Of a stretch of 64,000 nucleotides of DNA, positions 38,581 to 49,820 are shown piece after piece; within the stretch, counting starts at the first letter, position 1; every line of letters begins with the position of its first letter. Position numbers and translations under genes: made by a program. The notes beneath the pieces are model-generated. The model searched no databases and was not told where the DNA came from. It saw only the letters and a program-made list of their open reading frames with translations. Origin of the DNA: Octopus sinensis (taxonomy: Eukaryota); contig NC_043001.1 of assembly GCF_006345805.1 (NCBI RefSeq), positions 94,426,001 through 94,490,000 on the forward strand. The letters run 5' to 3'.

Positions 38581-39305
38581 ACATATACAAAGACACACAC
38601 ATACACATACGTACGCACATGCACGCACACACATGCACACACATATTTAAAGCTAAGTTTGTAAATTAGGTTTGTAGGGACATACAATCCTAGCGGGTAC
38701 CGTATTTAGTATTACCGGTTAATAATTTTTCTTTCAGGCTTCTCTCAGTTTCCGTATACGAAACCCATACATAAGGCTCAGGTCGCCCGATACTGCTGTA
38801 TTATACTATTTTTCAAGGCGCCATGCAATGGGATTCAGCCGTGAATGATTTTGTTGGGAAACGTCGTACAACACATTCACACCTCTGCCTATACATTATG
38901 CATAAATTTAGAATATATTCTAGAGTCGTAAACATGGTATTATTCACATAAACACACACATATACACACACAATCCACAGAAATCCAGAGACTGCTGAAC
39001 AAGGTAGTTTCAAGGCAGCACAACTCGAATGGTACTAGAGGCAGATTGCTCAGGGTCTTGGCACACCTGCGAATGACTTTTGTAAACAGCCTCATGCATG
39101 CCATGTCCACGACGGTGTATAGCGGTTTTGAACAGCCAAGGAGGACATAAACAGTATTGGAAATGTCACGCCCTAAAATCTCGATGTGCTTCATCTGCCC
39201 ACTGCCAGAAAATATGACAACGACCCGTAGACTGGTCAAATGGCAACCAAGAAATTGACTGTATCAGATCTATCAAAATTTGTCTCTAACATAATATATA
39301 TATAT

Positions 39306-40019
39306 ACTAGCAGTATCGCCCAGCGTTGCTCGAGTTTGTAAGGGAAATAACTATATAAGCATTTTTAGAGATGTAAAGTATAATAGAGAGTTACTTCCCT
39401 TATATATGCCAAAGATGCATTAAAAATGGGAAAAAAGGATGGTAATTTTTGTTTAAATCGTAGACTTATCGTAGACGCGTGGTAATACCCAGAAGGGCTC
39501 GATATGAATTACGACTATAAGATACCCGGTTTTGGTTAAACTGCACCGAAAAATGTGGGAGTAGTTAGTAATCTAATTCGTAGGAGACAGACAGCACACA
39601 ACCTCTCTTTTATATATAAAGATATATATAATATATATATTATATATATATATATATATATCACAGTCACAAACGTCACATTTTTAGAGATGTAAAGTAT
39701 AATAGCCATCTCATATGGCTAACCACAAAGGGGGGGGGGTGTTACTGAAGATTTTTACGTTCTGAGATTTAATAATAAATTTTTAGAGAGTTACTTCCCT
39801 TATATATGCCAAAGATGCATTAAAAATGGGAAAAATTGATGGTATTTTTTGTTTAAATCGTAGACTTATCGTAGACGCGTGGTAATACCCAGAAGGGCTC
39901 GATATGAATTACGACTATAAGATACCCGGTTTTGGTTAAACTGCACCGAAAAATGTGGGAGTAGTTAGTAATCTAATTCGTAGGAGACAGACAGCACACA
40001 ACCTCTCTTTTATATATAA

Positions 40020-40064
<45 letters not shown>

Positions 40065-40417
40065 AGTCACAAACGTCACATTTTTAGAGATGTAAAGTAT
40101 AATAGCCATCTCAATATGGCTAACCACAAAGGGGGGGGGGTGTTACTGAAGATTTTTACGTTCTGAGATTTAATAAATTTTTAGAGAGTTACTTCCCTTA
40201 TATATGCCAAAGATGCATTAAAAATGGGAAAAATTGATGGTATTTTTTGTTTAAATCGTAGACTTATCGTAGACGCGTGGTAATACCCAGAAGGGCTCGA
40301 TATGAATTAAGACTATAAGATACCCGGTTTTGGTTAAACTGCACCGAAAAATGTGGGATTAGTTAGTAATCTAATTCGTAGGAGACAGACAGCACACAAC
40401 CTCTCTTTTATATATAA

Positions 40418-40448
<31 letters not shown>
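39306..40448 (+). mobile_element. Non-autonomous Helitron/Helentron-like (DINE-1/Lep1-like) element, three tandem units
   Basis: 5' ACTAG...cgcccagcgttgctcgagttt hairpin; 3' ...acagacagcacacaacctctcttttatatataaagat. Units restart at 39661 and 40061 (400 and 388 bp); no TSD seen. Confidence 0.7.
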
Positions 40449-40452
<4 letters not shown>

Positions 40453-40939
40453 AGTCACAAACGTCACGCGTTTCTTTTGCGGTCCAGTGAAGAGGCGTTA
40501 CGAGTGGGAATATCTACGTTGATGCCTATGGAAAATTCTATACAAAAACGTAGACAAAACATACGCAAATGTACGCATGCGAAAATGAAAAGAAAAGAAT
40601 ATCAGATATATATCCACCCAGGGTGATAGAATCATGAAGATGCACACCCCGTTGTCTTTTGAATGATTTTGAATGTTGTAGCTCATATAACCACCTGATG
40701 AAATCGTATTCTGATGGACCGTACATTTAGTACAATGTGCGTTTTTTGATTATCATATACGCTATTAATATACTCAGCTATACTCAGTCGGATACAGTTA
40801 ATCGTATAAATAAACTGAATATTTTCGTGTATGTACTTTGGTACAGGCATATTTATTCGCCTATTTTTGTTGTGTACATTTTTTAGTTTTCGACCCGGTG
40901 CCTTACCATTTAAGTGCCTGATTCACTAGAAACCTGTTC

Positions 40940-40987
<48 letters not shown>

Positions 40988-41396
40988 AGAGTATGAAAGT
41001 ATCGGTGTCATGAAAACCCAAAATGTATCGGATAAACGCTAAGTAAATGCTATGGATAGACCATACTATATTAAGTGTAATACGCTTATTTCTACATATA
41101 TTTTCTCGTATGGATTTAAAAGTGAAATTTGTAGTTATCCTCAACACATAAGTCCCACATTTTAACCCCTATACTATACGGTTTAACCTTTCTAATAATA
41201 TCCCAACCAATTGAACATATTTTATTACTATCCTTCGGCAACAAAATTAATGTAATATATATATATATATATATCAACAATCAAGGAACGGCCATAATAG
41301 GCCATTCACCCACTGGAAATAACAGCCAAAGCTTCAACCGCAAATAAAAGTCAATTCCGTAAACAGGAGAGAAATTTAAAAAACATTTACCCTGTA

Positions 41397-41503
41397 ATTT
41401 CTTATACGATGCACCGTTTCATCTCTGTTTTAATGGTAAACTAACCTGATTAAATTAAATCAAGCCAATCTTCCATAGGCCCTCAGATTCTTCAGTAAGA
41501 AAT
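41397..41503 (-). ncRNA. Hammerhead motif, locus D inverted copy
   Basis: Reverse complement of 41713-41819 with two 1-nt indels near stem II (4 bp retained). Confidence 0.65.
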
Positions 41504-41712
41504 AGCCACAAGTCGGAACAGATATTTTCACGAGGCATTTCCGACCCTGCCAAGGTAATATCTGACCTAAAATTTTCAAATCATCGCACTCGCGCCAAAT
41601 TTATCGGCAGCAAATAAATATAAGCCGTCGATTCCATTACGGAATTAACCAGAAAATTCATAATTAATCAATATATAATGCCTCGTGAAAATATCTGTTC
41701 CGACTTGTGGCT

Positions 41713-41819
41713 ATTTCTTACTGAAGAATCTGAGGGCCTATGGAAGATTGGCTTGATTTAATTTAATCAGGTTAGTTTACCATTAAACAGCAGATGAAAC
41801 GGTGCATCGTATAAGAAAT
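41713..41819 (+). ncRNA. Type I hammerhead ribozyme, locus D copy 1 (canonical core)
   Basis: AUUUCUUA CUGAAGA AUCUG [8x8 internal loop plus 17/18-bp GU-rich hairpin] CAGAU GAA ACGGUGCAUCGU A UAAGAAAU. Perfect 8-bp stem I, near-palindromic stem III, GUA site; predicted cut after 41811. Confidence 0.85.
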
Positions 41820-42199
41820 TACAGGGTAAATGTTTTTTAAATTTTCTCCGTTTACGGAATTGACTTTTATTTGCGGTTGAAGCTTTGGCTGTTATTTCTA
41901 GTGGGTGAATGGACTATTATGGCCGTTCCTTGATTGTTGATTTGAACTTAAAAATGGTCTATGACTATTTAATTTTTTCCCACTAGGCCGCTGGTGGCAA
42001 AAAAATCTACAAAATTTTTTTTGCCACCCCATATTGATTAATTATGAATTTTCTGGTTAATTCCGTAATGGAATCGACGGCTTATATTATTTGCTGCCGA
42101 TAAATTTGGCGCGAGTGCGATGATTTGAAAATTTTAGGTCAGATATTACCTTGGCAGGGTCGGAAATGCCTCGTGAAAATATCTGTTCCGACTGTGGCT

Positions 42200-42306
42200 A
42201 TTTCTTACTGAAGAATCTGAGGGCCTATGGAAGATTGGCTTGATTTAATTTAATCAGGTTAGTTTACCATTAAACAGCAGATGAAACGGTGCATCGTATA
42301 AGAAAT
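42200..42306 (+). ncRNA. Type I hammerhead ribozyme, locus D copy 2
   Basis: Identical to copy 1; predicted cut after 42298. Confidence 0.85.
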
Positions 42307-42525
42307 TACAGGGTAAATGTTTTTTAAATTTTCTCCTGTTTATGGAATTGACTTTTATTTGCGGTTGAAGCTTTGGCTGTTATTTCTAGTGGGTGAATGG
42401 ACTATTATGGCCGTTCCTTGATTGTTGATGTTGAACTTAAAAATGGTCTATGACTTTTAATTTTTTCCACTAGGCCGCTGGTGGCAAAAAAATTCTACAA
42501 AATTTTTTTTGCCACCCTATATTGA

Positions 42526-42610
<85 letters not shown>

Positions 42611-43200
42611 ACATATATATATATATATATGTAAGTGTATGTGTGTGTGTGTGTTGTGTGTGTGTGCGCGCGTTTGTGCGTGCGTTTGTGCGTGCGTTTG
42701 TGTGTTTGGAGAGAGAAAGAGAGAGAGAGAGCGGTTAACGGCATTCTTTGCATTCATATGTATTATATGTATCATCTCAGTGCTGAATTTGTGAATGAAA
42801 ACATTGTTTAATCAGTAATTTTTTGCAATCAAATGTAAATCAAATAGTCTTACGATGCATCCCATACTACATATCCACATTTCTATCATTACTCATTTAT
42901 TGACCTCATGCATCAACTGAGGTACAAAAGTGCGGTAACGTTTATCGAACGTGCATTATTTCAAGAAATGTCGCTTTGTTTCATTATTAATCATAAATGA
43001 CATCTTACTTAATACATGCGCCTAAATATATGTTCGAAAATATTTCCGTCCATATCTCATGCTGTCACTTTATTCACCTGCTTTCATAACTCCAAGCTCA
43101 TGTACCAACGCAATTTTACATATCTCACAGAGCACTACAGATTGTTTAGCAATTATAATAACAAAATAAATGCGCCCTTTTTAAAACATAGCCAGGTTCA

Positions 43201-43420
43201 TGGACCCGGTTTCCCGGTTTCTATGGCGTGTGTATTTCCCAGCTTGACGGGACGCCAGTACATCGCACCCTCACACATTTCTGCCAGCTGAGTGGACTGG
43301 AGCAACAGGAAATGAGGTGTTTTGCTCAAGAACACAACGCGTCGCCCGGTCCAGGAATCGAAACCACAATCTTACGATCATGATACTGACACCCTAACCA
43401 CTAAGCCACGAGCCTCCACA
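43201..43420 (-). mobile_element. tRNA-derived CORE-type SINE with tail type B
   Basis: tgtggaggctcgtggcttagtggttaggg...ggtttcgattcc...gtgttcttgagcaaaacacc...cagtccactcagctg, then gcgatgtactggcgtcccgtcaagctggg...gaaaccgggaaacc. Confidence 0.85.
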
Positions 43421-44145
43421 CTTTAGCAATGATAACAAACGATATATCATTACTGAACTGTGTTAATTGAAAACCCGGTAAAAGAATTTGCCATTCAGTT
43501 CATGTACATTACTAAACCTTCCATATAATTTTGCTGTATTTTAAATTGGCTTTTTTAATTTATTTTATTAAATCATTGCATAAACCTAAAAGAACCTGTG
43601 CATTCTAATTATTAATATTCATGTTAACTAAGAATTCTCGTATGTCTTACGGATATCTCATTGGAATGTACTATGCGCACAGTTTGTATAAATATTAATT
43701 TGTTCTATACAGTGATCAATATAGTATCAATATAGTCTATCACATATTGAATCACGATTAATGGACAAATATATCCTTTATTCTCACGACATGTATTATT
43801 CGGTGATAAGACATTTTCTCAAAAACAATATTCGAGACGTGTAGATGTGAAGCAAATAATAATGTCGTTGAAATTTAAATAGTATAGTCTGAATACCTGT
43901 AATGAAATATATCTGTTCAGTAGTTATCCCAATATTGGAAGCGCAGCTGTTTCAAAATCTCTTAAAACTTTTGTAAGTTTGTTATCATATTGATCTCAAA
44001 AAATGAGCATTTGATTTCAGTGCAATTTTGAAGTATTTACTTAAATTGTTTTATCTGTTAAACAGAATATTATCTATTTAAAAGCAATATATCTCAAATA
44101 ATAGTTACTGACGCAAACTGCATACGTTTCATGTGCTTCAGAGAG

Positions 44146-44650
44146 TATTGGTTTGTCCGCAAACTTCGTACCGATTTTTAAAGGAAATGACAAGGTCAAT
44201 AAATACTTGCCATTACATTTTTAATCATACGAATATGAAACATTTCGTTGCACAATAGGTCTCCACCTTTCCTTTAGCTTGAAAACACCCTCTTCCCAGA
44301 ATTGAGGTGGTCTTATGGCAAAGAATCCATCAAGGTATCTTTTTACGTCATCCAATGAATTGAAGTTTTTACCGTCAAGACTGTTCTGCAGAGACTTGAA
44401 TAAGTGGATATCCGATGGAGCAATATATGGTGAATATGGAGGGTGGGGTAACACATCCCAGCCGAGCTGCAGTAATTTTTTGTCTGGTTCCCAAACCATC
44501 AAGTGCCGAAAATTAATTTTCTTATCTTCCATTTTAAAGGGTTACATAATTAATACAGGTTATAGGAACATAAACATTCTTCCACAAAAAGATAGCTTAA
44601 ACTGTGCTCTAAATAGAGGTGTAGTCACATCCTATTTTATGGACTCAACT
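44146..44650 (-). mobile_element. Internally deleted mariner element; in-frame N/C-terminal transposase fusion ORF 44221-44532
   Basis: MEDKKINFRHLMVW is joined to KKLLQLGWDVLPHPPYSPYIAPSDIHLFKSLQNSL...RW. 3' TIR with TA at 44146; the 5' TIR is missing. Confidence 0.9.
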
Positions 44651-44820
44651 ATGCCAACTCACCGTCTCGACATTCCATTATATTTGTTTTAAATTTTGGC
44701 TCAAGATCAACAATGTCAGGAGAGGGGAAAGTCGATTATATCGACCCTAAATTTAAACTTTTAGGCAAACTCGACCTCAGTATAATTTGATCTGAGAACG
44801 TGATGACGGGACGAAATACC

Positions 44821-45035
44821 TATTTCTTTACTACCCACAAGGGGCTAAACACAGAGGGGACAAACAAGGACAGACAAACGGATCCCAGTGCATAATTGGT
44901 TCTTAATGTATCGACTCCGAAAGGATGAAAGGCAAAGTCGACCTCGGCGGAATTTGAACTCAGAACGTAACGGCAGACAAAATACCGCTACGCATTTCGC
45001 TCGGCGTGTTAACGATTCTGCCATCTCACCACCTT
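44821..45035 (-). mobile_element. SINE (ggcggcgagctggcagaa family, tail I), with degenerate neighbours at 44700-44820 and 45070-45195
   Basis: Reverse complement of the 19066 copy. Confidence 0.85.
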
Positions 45036-45891
45036 ACACTAACGTTCAATAATATTGATTTTAAATTTAGCACGAGGCCAGACATTTCGGGAGTGTGCCA
45101 AGTCGATTTAAAGTCAATGTAGGTGAAGTTTGAACGTAGAGACAAAACGTCGCTAAGTATCTTCTGGCATGCTAACGATTCTGTCAGCTCACCATGTCTA
45201 AGAAACTATATCATTAAGAAGAACAATTGCAGAGTCAAGTTTTCACTATATATCAGTCTGCACTATTTGTTTTATTTACATGTTTCTCAGTTCAAATTTT
45301 AAAAGAATTGAATTTAGCCGCTCGTAGACAATACAATGGGTATCTATAGTATAGAAGCACGCATATATCTAAATATACAAGTAGGACATAATCATTAAAC
45401 TTAAATGTATGCAGCAGATATGAAAAAGGTGTTCTAATGTTGGATAGTCTCGTGGTACTCACTGTTGCAAATGTTTGGATCCTTAGATATAAATCTAATG
45501 TCATTATGGTTTTATTTATTCTGCGTCATTCAAGTCAGAACCACTCGCATTTCTGGCTATATCACGACGGAACGCACAATATTTTTATTGTCTCGTAATG
45601 CCAAAATGTCCGTCCATTTAGTCAACAATCTAAAGGGCATTAAGTAAAGTAATTGTTAGCCTATCTGCAGCGTAATGCTCAAAAATAACCGAGCCGTAAA
45701 ATATATTAATTTCTTTTCAACGAGCTTCAGCCAAAGAAAGCATAAACCGTGAAAAAATATTTTCTAAAAATCAGTTATAAGAAGCAGTAAATAACTTTCT
45801 TCTGTATGAACAGAATCAACCTATATTACGATTGTATATCGATGTATGAATGAGTGCACGTTTACTTTAATATAAATAAATGCTCACATAT

Positions 45892-45934
<43 letters not shown>

Positions 45935-46045
45935 CACACAACCAAACAACTAAATATATGTATATGAGTATTAGTCTTTGAATGTGCGAGATGTATGCGT
46001 TTACAAAAAAAAGTAAGCATGTATTAACGGTCTATATAAATATCT

Positions 46046-46101
<56 letters not shown>

Positions 46102-46130
46102 GTATATATATGTATATGTATATATATGTA

Positions 46131-46167
<37 letters not shown>

Positions 46168-46473
46168 GTATATATATTATATATATGTATGTATATATAT
46201 ATATATGTATGTATATATATGTATATATATATATGTATGTATATATATATATAGTATGTATATATATATATGTATATATATGTATGTATGTATGTATAAT
46301 ATATATATATATGTATGTATATATATGTATATATATATATGTATGTATATATATATATATGTATGTATATATATATATATGTATGTATGTATATATATAT
46401 ATATATGTATGTATATATATATATGTATGTATATATATGTATATATATATGTGTATGTATATATATATATATG

Positions 46474-46516
<43 letters not shown>

Positions 46517-46526
46517 GTATGTATAT
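45892..46526. repeat. (TA)n/(TATG)n arrays
   Basis: Directly visible; source of ORFs 45982-46631. Confidence 0.95.
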
Positions 46527-46830
46527 TGTGGAGGCGCAATGGCCCAGTTAGCAGCGGACTCGCGGTCGGATGATCGCGATTTCAATTCCCAGACCGGGCG
46601 TTGTGTGTGTTTATTGAACGAAAACACCTAAAGCTCCACAACGCTCCGACAGGAGGTGGTGGAAACCCTGTTGTACTCTTTTGACCCAATTTTCTCTCAA
46701 TCTTGCTTCCTGTTTCTTAAGTAACACTGCGATGGACTGGTGTCCCTTCCAGCTGGGGGAAACATATACGCCACAGAAATCGGGAAACCAGGCCTATGAG
46801 ACTGGCTAGGCTTGAAAAGAGCGAAAAGGG
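46527..46830 (+). mobile_element. SINE, gtggaggcgcaatggcccag family with tail type B
   Basis: Head and body as in 8632-9020(-); tail gcgatggactggtgtcccttccagctggg...gccacagaaatcgggaaacc as in 43201-43265(-). Confidence 0.85.
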
Positions 46831-46853
46831 AAAAAAGTATATATATATATATA

Positions 46854-46894
<41 letters not shown>

Positions 46895-47084
46895 GAGACT
46901 GGTATTTTAACAAAAATCTGACTTGTAATATATATGATATCAGGAATTAAAAAGGTTGAGCAAGAGTACAATGTAAATCCATGGTCATCCTTCGCATACT
47001 ACATAACCCACACCTTCCACCTCTACTACTCTATTACTAGCCTCATTATTAACCCAAACCCCGAAATCAATTTTTTTACTCCCA

Positions 47085-48020
47085 CTACTCTCTATCTCAA
47101 AGCATAAGAATAAAAAGTGTCGTCTTACCTTTGCAACCGAACATGTGTTGTGGTCTCAAGAAAAATGGCAAACGGTGCATTTCAATGAAGAATCTAAGTT
47201 TATGTTATTTAGCTCAGATGGGAAAAGGTACGTTTGTCGAAAAGTAGGTGAAAAATTGTCGCCTAAGTGACTTAAGGCTAGTGTTAAATTCGGTGGAGGA
47301 AGTGTCATGGTTTGGGAGATGATATCTGGAGATGTTGTGGACCCTTTGGTGCTATTACATTGAAAGGTAAATGCAGGAGTTTATAAACAACTTGTAAAAG
47401 ATCATGTCTTGCCTGTGCTGAGAAATTCAACTAAGCGACCACCCATATTCATGCAGGACAATGCCCCATGTCACAAGGCTAAAGTGGTCATAAACTTCCT
47501 TAAGGCTGAAATGGTTATTGTTATGGATTGGCCTGCTCAAAGCCCAGATCTCAATCCTATTGAAAATGTATGGAATATTCTAGGAGAACGTTCACAAGCC
47601 AGAAATCCTAAAACAACTGAGCAATTATGGAATGTCCTTCAGGAAGAATGGAATAAGATCACCCAGCAAGATATTGAAAATTTAATTTCCTCATGCAGTC
47701 AAAGATGTCAGAGTGTGATTGAAGCTAAAGGGCTTCACACGAAATATTAAATAATTCCAGTATTCTCTGTCATTTTTGATTATTTTGTTGTTTTTTCAAC
47801 CGTTCTGATAATTTTGGCTGCCATGGGTTTTGCAGTAAATGACTTTATCATCCATATATTTTGTATTATCCTCTCAAATTACACCAAAATCTCAGACAAT
47901 AACGAATAATAGTATGTCTATTGTCTGTGAAAATTATAGAATATAAAACTACTTTGATAAAAACTTATACTTACTTTTCTGACGAAAACAGTGCCGTTCT
48001 GAACATTTTGGCCGCCACTT
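47085..48020 (+). mobile_element. 5'-truncated Tc1 (DD34E) transposon, IR/DR type, pseudogenised
   Basis: KNKKCRLTFA...WQTVHFNEESKF (first D changed to E), one stop, one frameshift, then FMQDNAPCH-WPAQSPDLNPIENVW with 34 residues between D and E. Inner DR gttctgataattttggctgcca near 47800 and outer DR gttctgaacattttggccgccac at the end. Confidence 0.93.
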
Positions 48021-48127
48021 TATATATATATATATATAATATACATATATATATATATCATATATATATATATATCATATATATATATATATTCATATAT
48101 ATATATATCATATATATATATATATAT

Positions 48128-48161
<34 letters not shown>

Positions 48162-48439
48162 CATAACGTATATACGCAAATATTTTAAATATCTGTTCGG
48201 TATATATAATATTAAAATGTTAAAATAAGGAAATTGCGAAATAATTTCATATAACATTATTAAATGCATGAGTGAATAATAAGAATAAACCTCGGTGAAG
48301 CGTGTCGAAGCCATTCTTAAAAGTGAAATCGAAACATGCACTAGTATTTTAATACAAAATAAAGTCAAATTCAAATGCGACACTCAAAATTTTCCGGAAA
48401 TCAATGCATGTTACACATATGGTATTTTAACGGTCGACA

Positions 48440-49330
48440 CTTTAATCTTCGTGGCATGCCACCAGGAAGTTTAAGAGCTTGCCTGTCTGGCTCAAACATA
48501 TTTATCCTGGAACAGGATGAAGAAGTTTTCTGAGAGGCAAAGATTACATTTCATAGCTCTTTTATGTGCTCCATGTTTGTATGATGCATTTTCTAGAATT
48601 TCCCAGGTTACATTGAAAGGAAGGGTGTTATTCTCTTTTAATTCCCACACAAGCTTTGCAGGACTAGTTTCTGTCCTATTCTTGGGGCATCGGAAAGAAT
48701 TTCGGTGGGAATAGAATCGAGTCTGGAATGAATTTTCCGAGTGCGCTATGTAGGTTCTATATTTTTGTGAGTCATGTATTTGAACTTTACGTCTATTAAC
48801 AATTCCTCCTTCAAGACATTTATCTGGCAACGGACAGCAAGTCTTATCTCTGAAGTTGCATGTTCCTCAAGTTCGGCACTGTAGTTGTTTGTAATGATTT
48901 TCATATTATGCTAATTAATAAAAGAGGCGAAATTTTTGCAACAAGAATAGACATCCTTCAATGTTCGCCTATTAAAAACTCTATAGATTGAACATTTTTA
49001 GAAAGCAATTTTCATAATTCCCTATTTGTATTAGTTTTCACAGCAATATCAAATGCGGGGTTCAACCACAAAAGATTCCTAGTTCTAGTTCTACGTGGAC
49101 TATTATTGTTAGAATTATCTTGACTATACTGGATCTTCTCCGAGAATCCACTTTTCCTTAATACATTATTATAATACGGTGCGGCCATTTTGATATGCTC
49201 TTTCTTCTGAAAAAATTGATGATATTCTCCGTCTTACATTACTAAGATCCTAAGAAATACGGGTGGATTTACCCTGGGTATTCAGGATTTTTTCCTTCAT
49301 TGTAAGCTATTTTTGATTTAAGGTTTTTTC
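48440..49330 (-). mobile_element. Penelope-like element remnant (Neptune/Poseidon-like): RT thumb plus GIY-YIG
   Basis: Minus frames read KMAAPYYNVLRKSGFSEK, RTRTRNLLWLNPAFDIAVKTN and CP.PDKCLEGGIV...TYIAHSENSFQTRFYSHRNSF...WEIL...KCNLCLSE. Confidence 0.85.
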
Positions 49331-49668
49331 GATTTATATAATAACATTATTTTAAACCGCAATGTGGATGAAAGGACCAATGGAACAGAATAATTTTCAA
49401 ATGTGTATCTATCAAATTAATTATATATTTTCGTATAACTTTATATTGCCCCATTTCAAACAAAACTACCCAACTAACAGGAACTTGAAACTCTGTATAT
49501 ATGTAGTTATACAACTATACTTATATTCTTGGAGGACTACGTTGCGTTGTGTCAATAAGCGAATATTAGAGATATGTCCATACTTACACGTTTTCGTGAC
49601 TCCAACTTTTTCAATTATATATATATACATACACACATAGACACACAGACACATATACATACCCATAT

Positions 49669-49669
<1 letters not shown>

Positions 49670-49718
<49 letters not shown>

Positions 49719-49820
49719 ATATATAATATATATATATATATTTATATACATATATATAGCTGCATATATGCATATATATGTATATACATATGTGATATGT
49801 CCACATATATATATATATAT
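49670..49820. repeat. (TA)n microsatellite
   Basis: Directly visible. Confidence 0.9.

Larger units (their letters stand above)
41273..42530 (+). repeat. Locus D: inverted partial copy (41273-41676) plus about 1.75 head-to-tail copies of a 487/488-bp unit (41677-42530), flanked by (TA)n
   Basis: aatgcctcgtg restarts at 41677 and 42165. 41273-41539 is the reverse complement of 41677-41941, and 41540-41676 is the reverse complement of about 42031-42164. Confidence 0.95.

Noticed and set aside
40692-40725. CUGAUGA A AUC...GAU GGACCGU
   Set aside because: GAAA is absent and stem I is unsupported.
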